A stretch of 63,531 bases of DNA, filler included, from Octopus bimaculoides (Eukaryota), in NCBI RefSeq assembly GCF_001194135.2. It is 8 parts of 7 records of this genome, joined end to end, with 100 filler letters (N's around TTAATTAATTAA, not from the genome) between each part and the next. Parts side by side here need not be neighbours in the genome. Positions count along the whole stretch, not along the records: positions 20,089 to 32,057 come from NC_068992.1; positions 32,158 to 42,970 come from NC_068991.1; 6 more parts are not named here. One strand, given 5' to 3'. Numbering within the stretch: position 1 is the stretch's first letter; every line of letters begins with the position of its first letter. A model generated the notes under the pieces. It did not search any database. It was not told the origin of the DNA and saw only the letters and a list, made by a program, of their open reading frames with translations. This document shows positions 24,143 through 37,404 of this stretch, piece by piece. The position numbers and the translations under genes were made by a program.

Positions 24143-27100
24143 TACCAACAAACAAGATGAGGACAAATATCCGTCAAATGTTAATGATGTAAATAAAGCA
24201 CGATATTGTTTTACATCTGGAGCTGAGTTACTGACTTGTTTTGTTTAACGTGTGCTCTTACTTCCATCTTGTCTGATGGTGGATCCTTTTATATCTGCGC
24301 TGTTCAATTCTATTTTGCTGATGTCGTCCACGTTTGTCAACACCAGCCTTGCCATATCCGAGTGAGTTCATCAACAACTATTTTCTTATGTGGAAAGCAT
24401 CTCTGGGTAATTTTCTTCTGTAATCTGTTTGACTCTTCCACGCCAACTAGTCTACATTTTTTGTATAGTTACTTGGTGAGTCACCATCTTACTTTGGAAA
24501 GTATGGTGATTTCGAAACACGCTCTAAGTTGCCTTCGTACTTGTCGTATTCAAATAATTGTGGCAAAAATTTATTTTCGTTTTTTTCCCCTACAAGTTTA
24601 TCTTTATTTCGTTTTGTAAAATTCACTGCATTAAATGTATTAACTCGAGCTATTGCTTCGTTTTTTCATGCGGATGGTGCCTTTAAGTCATTTCTTGATG
24701 TGCACGTATTACTGTGATCCTATATACTGACGGTGTTTATGGCCAGTAGAGATACGACTCCGTTAGTTTGTCGCTCATAACCACATTACATTAGTTATAT
24801 TAAAAATCATCAGCTTTTTTCTTCTTATAATTGTTTTTTGTTGTGTTTTCTATTAACGTCAGATTGAGAGGCTTCGATTCTGTGATGTAGTTCGTCGTAT
24901 CCTTTGTTCCTTCTTTTAAACCTCTATATTTTCACCTGATGTTGACTTTGATCTTTCAGACAATTATGTTTATTTTATATTTGCAAAAAAAAAAAAACCA
25001 TCATGAAATATTTTTATATAGTTATTTTTAAAATATCAGTTATTTTATTCATTTTCTGTGTTTTTTATTCCACGTATCGTTTTTTTTTATGCAGGAATTT
25101 TGGGACTTGAAATATTAGTTTTCCGATTTTTTTAACAGAATATGTTTTAGCTTTCTAAACTTGATGTTAATGTGTAGAATTATAATGTAATTTTATTATG
25201 TGTGTATATACAATGTTATTGTGAATTTGTACGTATATAAGTATACATGCTGTTGGTGGGTATATGACGAACTTTGATTTCATTCGTTTTTATTTAATAT
25301 TGAACTATTTGGATCAGATACCATAGACGAAACTAAGCTACGCGCAAAATAAACTTACACCAAGCTTTTGGATTATCCCAATTTGTAAGTTAATTCCCAG
25401 ATTTTGCAGAGCTAATATCCACAGGAAAACCATCAACGTCATATTCTCTATTTCTATTGTTCCTGACATCCTAAATGTTATTTTCCTGTTGATGGATACA
25501 TCTTATTTCTACATGTTAACAAATTGGTCAAGTATTCCTTTCTTTTATTTACAATAGCTTATGTCCTGTGTATGTGCTACGCTATTTCTGTTCGTGTTAT
25601 TTTTATTTGGAGCAATCATGTCAGATAGCCCAAAGGATATCTGACATGATTTCCTAGGCTCTCTAACATTTTTGTTATTTAATTCAATGAACATGGTTTT
25701 AATCATACAGAAATATTCCACAGCACTTCTTTGGTGAATATTGCAAAATACGCATATTACCTTTTCAAAACTAGCTCATTTTCTTTCAAAACGAAAATCT
25801 TAAATATTCTATATATATATATATATATATATCATTTTTAATGATGGGTTTCGTCTGCCGTATTTTATGCCTTAAACTCCAATCCTGCAGCTGTACCTGA
25901 AATCTCTGTAGTTTAAGAGAAAATCTTCCTGCAAACCGAATAATTGGTTTTGCAATTTGGTCTTGTCTTCATTAGAAAAGCTAGGTAATATCCCAGTATC
26001 CTTTTCAAACAACGATAAAGAGAAGACTGAGTTCTATGTAAGATGTCATTATATTGCAGCTGCATATTATCTCATGGATAATAGGCATTTTATTACTTCT
26101 TCTATTTTATTGCCTGCGTCGTACTTCCCTTCCTGATTGTTATTTTATATGGTACCTGAAGCTTTATGATAGAATACAAGAACAAATTCTATAAATTCAT
26201 ATTATGTATCTACTTCACAGATTTGTACATTTGAAATTTAACCAAATTCAAGTTTTAAATCCCAATAGACAGACAGAATAAGTACTGGACCTAAGTAATA
26301 AATCCTGGAGTCGATAAGTTCGGCTAAAACCCTTCAAGGTAATCCTACAGCATGGCCGCAGTCAAATGACTGAAACAAGTAAAAAAAATAACAGAATTTA
26401 AGGAAATCCGAATGAAATTTCGAAAGAAAGTTATTCAACAAATTCCAGAGCTACAATTTGGTGTTATTAGATATATTTATATTATTAAGATAGGAAAATC
26501 ACGTTGTAGATACAAAAACAGACACCGTATGCGTAACGGACGCTACTGTATGTTGAAACTAGTCATTTTATTATAGACGGTAACAAACTTTTGTTGGCTT
26601 GTGTCAAAGATACGATTCTTAAATTATTTTCAATAAACATCCTTGACTGGTGACTTTCATTTTGAATTCAAATTTATTCTCAATTCGCATTCATCTTTTT
26701 CATATTCCTACTATATATTCATTAATATTTGTTAATGCAATATTTTTCTACATTTATGTTCTGTAAAGTTGCAATTTTCTCGATTTTCTCACATACAACA
26801 AACATTATTTTTTTTTCCAATTGTATTGTAAATTATAGATAAGATACACTACGTAATAAAGTATATCAACAGTGTTTAGAAGTGTACAGTGTGTACTAAA
26901 CTGCGTCGTCGTGTACTACGCGATGTTTAGTAGTCGTCATATCCTTAGTTTCTAAGCATAACATTTTATTGCAGGTTTCTATTCATATTTAAATAATATT
27001 TCTTAGGGATATAGTCGTCCATTCATAAATGATACATCCAATTTATTAACAGAGATATTTACATCCTGATGATGTTTCAAAAGTTATATTTGCAAGAATT

Positions 27101-28492
27101 TCCATAAATTCCTTCACTGAATAAATTGGTATATCTCAGGTTAGGATCATTTTGTAATTTGGTAAGATCTATTGTCGTATGGACAAAGTGACCGATATAT
27201 AAAATCGGTAGAGCGTCACACAAAATGCACTGTGATATTTGTTAAGGCACCGAGCTGGCCAATAAAATGCTTAACGGCACTTTTCACGACTTTACGTTCG
27301 GAGTTCAAATGCCACCGGCGTCGACTTTGCCTTTTGTCCTTTCGGAGGACAGGGATCAATGTAATCGGCTTGCATCCTCCCGCACGATCGCTGGCCTTGT
27401 ACTAAAATTTGAAATGAATATTTGTTAAGACTGTTTAAGATCTGAGATTAAATCCTGTTGAGGTCGTTACTGACTTTCATTATTTCGTCCTCTATGAATN
27501 NNNNNNNNNNNNNNNNNNNNNNNNNNNNNNNNNNNNNNNNNNNNNNNNNNNNNNNNNNNNNNNNNNNNNNNNNNNNNNNNNNNNNNNNNNNNNNNNNNNA
27601 ATAAGGTCTCATTTGTCAATAAGCTTCATAGTATATCGTGATAAATACCTCTTAAGTAGCTAATATCCGAGGAATAATTTGATATGTAAATCTTTTAAAA
27701 CACGTAATAGAGTCATTGCTACATAGGCTCGACAACTTCTAAATTCAAGCCTCAATCACAGTAACCGTATTCACATGTAAAGAAGAAAGCACACAGTACA
27801 TCACTAGTTAGGTTTATTTGGTGCCGGAAATTCTGAGATTGTAATACTAAACGGCCAACACTTTGAAATTTCTTGTTGATAATTTAGATTTCTTTCTCTC
27901 CATTACTATACAATAATCTTAACCACTTTATGACCAGTCAGAGACAATGGCACTGGTGGCATTGTATTAGATCAAAGAAGACAATCTGCTATTCCCCTAA
28001 TCTTCATTATCTATCTTCTAAACTTTAGCCTGGATAGGGGTAACATTTGTTGTTAAATTATCACTCTGATATTCTGAAACGTAGCATCTCTATTTTAGAA
28101 GTGAAAGAAATCTTGATGGCCACTTGTTTCCGTCTACAAGTGTGTTTTACTCGATTCTCTAAGCTGTTTTCACTGCTATTCTCCTGCGTTCTCGATTCCC
28201 TTCATTTTTAAAATATCAACTCATTCGTTCCTTCTATGTTTGTTTATAAAAATGTTCTCATATAACATCTCTAATTATGTTTGTTGGAAATTTTCAAAAT
28301 ACGCTTCAGTATTGTAACTTTAAGTTCTCTGATAAGCTGGCTGGTGGCAGCCTCATTAATGAATTATTGTATGAATTTACATATTTTTTTAATATGTAAA
28401 AGTTAATGCGCAAAATTGGTGAAATAGTTCCACTATCTATTGAAACGATCGGAATATTTAATAAGTTTTCATTTAATGAGTCTTCATTTCTT

Positions 28493-28531
<39 letters not shown>

Positions 28532-28543
28532 TTTCTCGTGTTC

Positions 28544-28579
28544 CTTTCCGTTGAAGAGCGTAGGCTCGAAACGTAAAAG
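28544..28579 (+). ncRNA. Degenerate minimal hammerhead-like motif of a second PLE-type terminal repeat
   Basis: CTTT-CCGTTGA-A-GAGC-gtag-GCTC-GAAACGT-A-AAAG. Stems I and II pair perfectly, but the core differs from CTGANGA at two positions. Confidence 0.45.
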
Positions 28580-28679
28580 ACTTTATCACCTTCCCGAGCG
28601 TCAAACAAATACACCTGCTTGTTATTTATACACCTGTCTTCGTCTTTTGTTTTTCTGTAAATTTCAACTATATATATAT

Positions 28680-29090
28680 TACTTGTTTCAGTCATTAGAT
28701 TACGGCAATGCAGGAGCACAACCTTGAAAAACTTTTAGTCGAATGAATTGACCCGTTTTAAAAGCCTAATACATTAGTCACTTTTACCAAATAGTTAAGT
28801 TACGGGGACGTAAGCGCACCGACTCCGAGTTACAAGCGGTGTAGTTGGAGACAAAGACAGACGCAAAGATACACACATACATATATACACACACACAGCA
28901 ACCAACACATGCACACACACACACACACGACGGGCGTCTTTCAGTTTCCGTTTACCGAATCCACTCACAAGGCTTTGACTGGCCCGAGGGCTATAGTAAA
29001 GGACACAAGCCCAAGTTGCCACGCAGTGAGACTGAACCCGGAACCATGTAGTTAGGAAGCAAGCTTCTTACCATACAACCATATATATAT
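28680..29090 (-). mobile_element. SINE family A, near full length
   Basis: Reverse complement of the family A head (GGTTCCGGGTTCAGTC.CACTGCGTGGCAAC), (GT)n spacer and tail (GACTGAAACAAGTAA). Confidence 0.75.
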
Positions 29091-30517
29091 ATATATGTAC
29101 ATGTGCATATGTGTATATCTGTATATGTGTGCGTATATACTTGACAAAGGCTGGCAAGTCGAAACTTCGAAGTCACTACCACTCCTTTACTTGCAAAATT
29201 ACAATAAATATGTATTCTAAGAATAGTAGTGAGTTATTCTTCAGTATAAATTGTTCTTATGCAGAATTCTATGTAAAATTATATATATATATATAGTACA
29301 ATATATAGGACACACACATATACATGCATGCACGTGCATATACACTCGCGCTCACACATGCACACACACTCCGTGTGTGTATATATACACACACAAACGT
29401 GCACACACACACACAAACACAAACACACACATATATATTCACACACACATACACACACACGCGTGTTTTCTGTCTGTATCATAGAAAAAGGTCGTGTCTA
29501 AAAGAAAGTTCTTACGCATGCATAAGCAAACACACACATATACAAGTACACATATATTCACCCCCCCCCCAATATTGGTATCTGCACCCACGAGCTTGTT
29601 TGTACGTGTATATTTTTCTGAATCTTCGTCAAACTAATAGGAATTGAAGCGTGTACTTATGTGATATCTCTGTGAATGTCCGTACATTAGTGTGTGTGTG
29701 TGTGTGTGTGTGTGTTGTGTGTGTTGTGTGTGTGTGTTTGTGTGTGTGTGTGTTTGTGTGACGGTGGGTGTATATGGGGATGCGTGTGCTTTTGTACATA
29801 TGTGTGTGCGTGAGAGTGTGTATATCCATATGTGTGTGTGTGTGTCTATGTGGATACGTGTGTTTGTGTACATATTTGTGTGTATGTATGTGTGTGTGTG
29901 CTATTCAACCTACATGTTGAATAGCACACACAATCCTAGCTAAAGTTCTCTCTCTTTCCTTTTCTCGAACACACATACTTACTAACGCGCACACATATAC
30001 ATGCATACGTACATACATATGCACACATAAACACAGATATAAGCACACACAGATATATACACACGCTAATATATACATACACTGATATATCAAAAGGATG
30101 TACGATAATACTATTCCATACACAAAATCAGCCATACCAACAATCCAACATACCTCCATCATCAGCTGCCTCACGGATATCATTATGGTTTCGACACCTG
30201 GGCACTACCATTCAATCCAGCAGTGTCAACAGCACTAAAATAAGTGTTATTTGGGAACAAACATACCAAAGAAATCACCACATTCAAACACATTTACCCT
30301 ATGAACACCAGTATCGGTAAATAAATTCAATAAGTAAATCTATAACCAACTCCGAAATTATGTAACTAAACGGCGACCAAAACTTTAGGTCACACAAAAA
30401 ATATTCCCTACAGTCTTACATACGAAGTGCAATTTATTTAGGAAAAAAAGAATTACATTTTTGCAGTATACAGGGAAGGCATTACCAGTGAGAAAGTCAT
30501 TGCTGAGGTATTTATGA

Positions 30518-30550
<33 letters not shown>

Positions 30551-31822
30551 TGTATGTACGTATACATGCCTGCACACACGCGCACACGCACACACACACA
30601 TACACACACACGCACACACACACACNNNNNNNNNNNNNNNNNNNNNNNNNNNNNNNNNNNNNNNNNNNNNNNNNNNNNNNNNNNNNNNNNNNNNNNNNNN
30701 NNNNNNNNNNNNNNNNNNNNNNNNNNNNNNNNNNNNNNNNNNNNNNNNNNNNNNNNNNNNNNNNNNNNNNNNNNNNNNNNNNNNNNNNNNNNNNNNNNNN
30801 NNNNNNNNNNNNNNNNNNNNNNNNNNNNNNNNNNNNNNNNNNNNNNNNNNNNNNNNNNNNNNNNNNNNNNNNNNNNNNNNNNNNNNNNNNNNNNNNNNNN
30901 NNNNNNNNNNNNNNNNNNNNNNNNNNNNNNNNNNNNNNNNNNNNNNNNNNNNNNNNNNNNNNNNNNNNNNNNNNNNNNNNNNNNNNNNNNNNNNNNNNNN
31001 NNNNNNNNNNNNNNNNNNNNNNNNNNNNNNNNNNNNNNNNNNNNNNNNNNNNNNNNNNNNNNNNNNNNNNNNNNNNNNNNNNNNNNNNNNNNNNNNNNNN
31101 NNNNNNNNNNNNNNNNNNNNNNNNNNNNNNNNNNNNNNNNNNNNNNNNNNNNNNNNNNNNNNNNNNNNNNNNNNNNNNNNNNNNNNNNNNNNNNNNNNNN
31201 NNNNNNNNNNNNNNNNNNNNNNNNNNNNNNNNNNNNNNNNNNNNNNNNNNNNNNNNNNNNNNNNNNNNNNNNNNNNNNNNNNNNNNNNNNNNNNNNNNNN
31301 NNNNNNNNNNNNNNNNNNNNNNNNNNNNNNNNNNNNNNNNATATACAAAAGGAACGTAGCTCCGATAACGGACAGACAACGACTATTGATGAGGTTGCAA
31401 GAAACAACGAAAATTATAGAATGAAAAAAAAAAAATGAATGAGTGGAAATCGAATCGGTGAGTGAGTTAATTAATAAGGCATTAAAACATAATGACTCTC
31501 TCCAGACACAATTACGTACATACATATATAAATATACTCATATACATATATAATGTATGTGTACCTATAAATTGCAAGCGCGCACACACAAATAATATGT
31601 ATGTAGATTTATGTGTGTTTGTGCGTGCTTTAGAGGGATAATAAGGAAACAATACCGTTGCTGACACGTGCGATCGTGTTGCATCATAGATTCAATCGCA
31701 CACACAGACACACGCATGAACACAGATACACAGCGATACTCCACACACGCGTGCTTGGATGGTGCAATTCCTGCGCGCCTTCGCTTGTTTACATTTAAGT
31801 ATGTATGTATGTATGTATGTAT

Positions 31823-32057
31823 GTGGAGGCGCAATGGCCCAGTAGTTAGGGCACCGGACTCGCGGTCATAGGATTGCGATTTCAATTCCCAGACCTGGCG
31901 TTGTGAGTGTTTATTGAGCGAAAACACCTAAAGCTCCACGAGGTTCCGGCAGGGGATGGTGGCGAACTCTGCTGTACTCTTCCACCACAACTTTCTCTCA
32001 CTCTTTCATCCTGTTTCTGTTGTACCTGTAATTCAAAGGGGCAGCCTTGTCACGCTG
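31823..32057 (+). mobile_element. tRNA-headed SINE family C, cut by a gap
   Basis: GGAGGCGCAATGGCCCAGTAGTTAGG head, near-identical to 33628-33860. Confidence 0.8.
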
Positions 32058-32157
32058 NNNNNNNNNNNNNNNNNNNNNNNNNNNNNNNNNNNNNNNNNNN
32101 NTTAATTAATTAANNNNNNNNNNNNNNNNNNNNNNNNNNNNNNNNNNNNNNNNNNNN

Positions 32158-32184
32158 GAGAGAGAGAGCGAAGGAGAGAGTAAA

Positions 32185-32221
<37 letters not shown>

Positions 32222-32235
32222 AGGAGAGAGTAAAG

Positions 32236-32267
<32 letters not shown>

Positions 32268-32670
32268 AAGGGAGAAAGTGTAAGAAGGCAGAGAGAGAAA
32301 GTGTGTGACAGATAAAGAGAAGGAATGAATGAGAAAGATTGAGGGAGAGAGTGAAGAGCGACAGAGTAACAAAGAGAGGGAGAGAAAGCGTAAGATAGAA
32401 AGAGAGAGAGAAAGGGAAACAGAGCGATAGAGAGAGAGAGTGACAGAGTGATAGAAAAAATGAGAGAGGAAGAACGAAAGAGAGAGGGAGAAAAAGAGAA
32501 AGAGAGAAAGAGTGAGAATGATAGAGGAATAGAGAGAAAGATTGAAAGAGAGAGAGAGAGGGAGAGAGGGGGGAGACAGTGGAAGAGAGACAGAGAGTAG
32601 GCGAGAGAGTGAGCAAGAGAGTGAGAGAATGAAAGACAGAGAATGTAAGAAAGAGAGAAAGAGAGGGGTG
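32158..32670. repeat. (GA)n-rich purine tract
   Basis: Almost exclusively G/A on the + strand. Confidence 0.9.
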
Positions 32671-33627
32671 GGAGTGCATGTGGTGGAAGGAACCCAATCG
32701 AAGAAATCACGTTTAGCATGTTCGNNNNNNNNNNNNNNNNNNNNNNNNNNNNNNNNNNNNNNNNNNNNNNNNNNNNNNNNNNNNNNNNNNNNNNNNNNNN
32801 NNNNNNNNNNNNNNNNNNNNNNNNNNNNNNNNNNNNNNNNNNNNNNNNNNNNNNNNNNNNNNNNNNNNNNNNNNNNNNNNNNNNNNNNNNNNNNNNNNNN
32901 NNNNNNNNNNNNNNNNNNNNNNNNNNNNNNNNNNNNNNNNNNNNNNNNNNNNNNNNNNNNNNNNNNNNNNNNNNNNNNNNNNNNNNNNNNNNNNNNNNNN
33001 NNNNNNNNNNNNNNNNNNNNNNNNNNNNNNNNNNNNNNNNNNNNNNNNNNNNNNNNNNNNNNNNNNNNNNNNNNNNNNNNNNNNNNNNNNNNNNNNNNNN
33101 NNNNNNNNNNNNNNNNNNNNNNNNNNNNNNNNNNNNNNNNNNNNNNNNNNNNNNNNNNNNNNNNNNNNNNNNNNNNNNNNNNNNNNNNNNNNNNNNNNNN
33201 NNNNNNNNNNNNNNNNNNNNNNNNNNNNNNNNNNNNNNNNNNNNNNNNNNNNNNNNNNNNNNNNNNNNNNNNNNNNNNNNNNNNNNNNNNNNNNNNNNNN
33301 NNNNNNNNNNNNNNNNNNNNNNNNNNNNNNNNNNNNNNNNNNNNNNNNNNNNNNNNNNNNNNNNNNNNNNNNNNNNNNNNNNNNNNNNNNNNNNNNNNNN
33401 NNNTTGGTGAGTTGAGAATTCTGTTTATTTATATATATTTTGGGGACAATATTGTGCTGATGAACGAAATCTAGATTCATTCTAGTAATCGCGAAATCGG
33501 TCGATACACAGTTAAGTCTATTTAAAAGAAAGTTGGTAATTTACTACCAAAGAATGGAATAAAAAATTTCATTGAAAGGTTGTTGTTGTTTGTGTTGTTG
33601 ATGCATGGCCTCCGAGACAAACCTGAT

Positions 33628-34018
33628 AGTGGAGGCGCAATGGCCCAGTGGTTAGGGCAGCGGACTCGCGGTCATAGGATCGCGGTTTCGATTCCCAGAC
33701 CGGGCGTTGTGAGTGTTTATTGAGCAGAAACACTTAAAACTCCACGAGGCTCCGGCAGGGGATGGTGGCGAACCCTGCAGTACTCTTTCACCACAACTTT
33801 CTCTCATTCTTTCTTCCTGTTTCTGTTGTGCCTGTAATTCTAAGGATCATCCTTGTCACACTGTGTCACGCTGAATCTATCCCGAGAACTACGTTAAGGG
33901 TACACGTGTCTGTGGAGTGCTGAGCCACTTGCACGTTAATTTCACGAGTAGGCTATTCCGTTGATCGGATCAATTGGAACCCTCGACATCGTAAGCCAAC
34001 CCTCGACGTCGTAAGCCA
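33628..34018 (+). mobile_element. SINE family C, full length
   Basis: A box TGGCCCAGTGG, B box GGTTTCGATTCC, tail CACTTGCACGTTAATTTCACGAG...GGAACCCTCG with a terminal 20-bp tandem repeat. Confidence 0.8.
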
Positions 34019-34149
34019 ACAAAAAAAGTAGTAACACACAGTCGAACCTTTGATAGAATCACCGTTTTATGTTATTCCAATGTGTTTTTTCGTTTTTATG
34101 AGGCAGTAGGTCATGAGATTACTTCCATATCTCGTTTATTGAAATGTCC

Positions 34150-34370
34150 TGCACTGGCATTCCGTCGGTTACGACGAATGTTCCAGCTGATCCGGTCAAA
34201 GGAACAACCTGCTCGTGAAATTAAGGTGTGAGTGGTTGGACGCTCCATAAACGCGCGTATCCTTAGTTCAGGGAGATTCGGGGTAATACAGAATGTGACA
34301 AGCGGAGCCCTTTTAATTACAACTCATGTTTGCCAGCTGGAGCAACGAGAAATGGAATGTCTTGCTCGAG
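34150..34370 (-). mobile_element. Older SINE copy sharing the family C tail, inverted relative to 33628-34018
   Basis: CCAGCTGATCCG..CCTGCTCGTGAAATTAA is the reverse complement of the family C/D tail. Confidence 0.6.
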
Positions 34371-34619
34371 ACAGCAACAGCAACATCACCAACATGAACA
34401 GCAACACTGACGACGACGACAAACGACGACGATGACGATGACGAGGACGATGACGAGGACGATAGCAGCAACAGCAACAACTGCAAAGCAAACACAGCTA
34501 TCGCAGCATCAGCAGCAGCATCAGCAGCAGCGGTAGCAGTAGAAGCAGTAGCAGTATGAAAAAAAACAACAACAATAACAACAACAACAACAGTAGCAGC
34601 AACAAATCATAACATGAAC

Positions 34620-34651
<32 letters not shown>

Positions 34652-35433
34652 AGACAACAACAACAACAACAACAGAAATCACATGAACACCACCACCACC
34701 ACCANNNNNNNNNNNNNNNNNNNNNNNNNNNNNNNNNNNNNNNNNNNNNNNNNNNNNNNNNNNNNNNNNNNNNNNNNNNNNNNNNNNNNNNNNNNNNNNN
34801 NNNNNNNNNNNNNNNNNNNNNNNNNNNNNNNNNNNNNNNNNNNNNNNNNNNNNNNNNNNNNNNNNNNNNNNNNNNNNNNNNNNNNNNNNNNNNNNNNNNN
34901 NNNNNNNNNNNNNNNNNNNNNNNNNNNNNNNNNNNNNNNNNNNNNNNNNNNNNNNNNNNNNNNNNNNNNNNNNNNNNNNNNNNNNNNNNNNNNNNNNNNN
35001 NNNNNNNNNNNNNNNNNNNNNNNNNNNNNNNNNNNNNNNNNNNNNNNNNNNNNNNNNNNNNNNNNNNNNNNNNNNNNNNNNNNNNNNNNNNNNNNNNNNN
35101 NNNNNNNNNNNNNNNNNNNNNNNNNNNNNNNNNNNNNNNNNNNNNNNNNNNNNNNNNNNNNNNNNNNNNNNNNNNNNNNNNNNNNNNNNNNNNNNNNNNN
35201 NNNNNNNNNNNNNNNNNNNNNNNNNNNNNNNNNNNNNNNNNNNNNNNNNNNNNNNNNNNNNNNNNNNNNNNNNNNNNNNNNNNNNNNNNNNNNNNNNNNN
35301 NNNNNTTTTGGTGTTTTTGATTTTGTTTTTCTACTTGTATGTTTGTGTTTTGCGTGCGAGCCTGTGTATCTGTGTATGTGTGTGGGTGTTCTGTATGTGT
35401 GTGTGTGTGTGGGGGGGGTGTTCTGTGTGTTTG

Positions 35434-35474
<41 letters not shown>

Positions 35475-36103
35475 TTTGCGTGTGCATCTGTGTGTGTGTG
35501 TATGTGTGTACATGGTTTGGGCATGTGTGTGTGTGTGTATGTGTGTATAGAGGGCATGTTTGGATCGTCTGTACATGTTAGTTTACTTCACTATCAACAC
35601 GTGCGCGCACACATACACGTACACGCGCACATGCATGTACACATACACACATACACACATATCAACACACGCACACATACATTCACACGCATGCACACAC
35701 ACACACACGCATGCACACACACATACACACACACACACAAACACATCAACTAATCTTTTTTTTTCTTTTAATTTGGAAGTCTGGTACTTATTCTATGGGC
35801 CTCTTTTACCGAACAGCCAAATCATGAGAACACAAACAAACCAACACCAGTTATCAAGCAGTAGGTAACAGGAACCCCCCTCACACACACGATGGGCCTC
35901 CACACGGTTCTTCTCTGTCGTATTTACTCACAAGGTATTGACNNNNNNNNNNNNNNNNNNNNNNNNNNNNNNNNNNNNNNNNNNNNNNNNNNNNNNNNNN
36001 NNNNNNNNNNNNNNNNNNNNNNNNNNNNNNNNNNNNNNNNNNNNNNNNNNNNNNNNNNNNNNNNNNNNNNNNNNNNNNNNGACACTTGCCCAAGGTGCCG
36101 CGT

Positions 36104-36750
36104 GCGAGATTTTTTTCTCACGTCAGTTCTGAGCCCGAGTAACGAACTCATTTGCATACAGCCAATCAGAGCTCACTTTGACCTTGTCAAGTTAACAAAC
36201 ACACTGCAAGTAAACTCCAAGAGGAAGAACGTCGTTGTAAGTCGACCGATCGCCAAGTTATGCCTGATTTTAGAAGGAGGCAAGTAATTAGATAGATTTG
36301 CATCTATTCCTATTATCGGATTTTGTTAGGGCCCCTATAGTAAAGATGTGGATGGGAAAAACGTGGGTAGATGGTGATGTGCTAGCAACACCGTTCTTCG
36401 TCTTGAGTTTACTTGGTAGAGCGTGTTTTATCAAGAGATTGGTTGTTTTTAACACATTCACGAATGTTATGTTGGACTTTGCGTCTAGGCATAATCTGAG
36501 AGCTGAACGGTACCTTTCCTTTCAAACTTTTCAAACAATTCTTCAACGGTCTACCAGCACCAACGCGGTTTCTGCTACCACCAATCCATCTTTCACATAG
36601 CAATCGGAGGTCGCTATTTTGAATGCCAACTTTTGTTAACTTGACAACAAAGTGAAGGTGAGCTCTGATTGGCTGTATGCAAATGAGTTCATTACTGGGG
36701 GGTCCGGAACTCTCGTGGGAAAAAAATTCGTAGCCCGATATAGCTAGACT
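36104..36750. mobile_element. MITE-like element with long inverted arms containing octamer and CCAAT boxes
   Basis: Perfect 33-bp inverted repeat, 36144-36176 versus 36658-36690, with weaker homology extending outward and inward to about 95 bp per arm. Confidence 0.75.
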
Positions 36751-37404
36751 CACTTTTATATTCCCTGCTACAGTTGCAAGGATAGAAAAGGCACACGCAG
36801 TTCTAGACCATACCCTGTACTGATGGAAACTTTCTTGAAGAGTACATAGGCTTTTGATTACCTCCTTGATGTTGTATGAACCGCAAATCTTTTGAAAATT
36901 TTCCTGACCTCATTTTCATCCTTTGAAGTGGTTTCAACAACCAATCTCAACCAGTCGGAATTCACAGTACGACCGATTTCCATACCTTTCAAACTAGGTA
37001 CATGATTCGGTCGTACTATTATTCATCCTTTCGATCGCTAAATACAAAATGTGGTTTGCGAGATTTTGCCTATTCCTAATGGTAGTATTTTCAATAACCT
37101 GGTGCTGCATATCTCTGCTCTAAGAAGCTGATGCTATGCTTGAACGGTACTTATTGAAATAAAGTAGTTTCAACTTTGAGACGCAGTAGGGCGGTTATCT
37201 GGTTTCAATGGCGTATAATTGACTTCAGATCATGTTCCCTCAGAATGGGATGCTAGTCTATCTCGGAGTTTCTCATTTACAGGTGAGCGGCCTGGAGCAG
37301 GAGCGACGTGAAATGAAGTGTTTTGTTCAAGAATACAACGCGTGGTCCGTTCCGGGAATCGAATTGAAACAAGGATCTTGCGATCGTGAGTACAACACCC
37401 TGTT

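Noticed and set aside
36770-37200. Protein-like minus-strand stretches next to the MITE
   Set aside because: Interrupted by stops in all frames and no family motif recognised.
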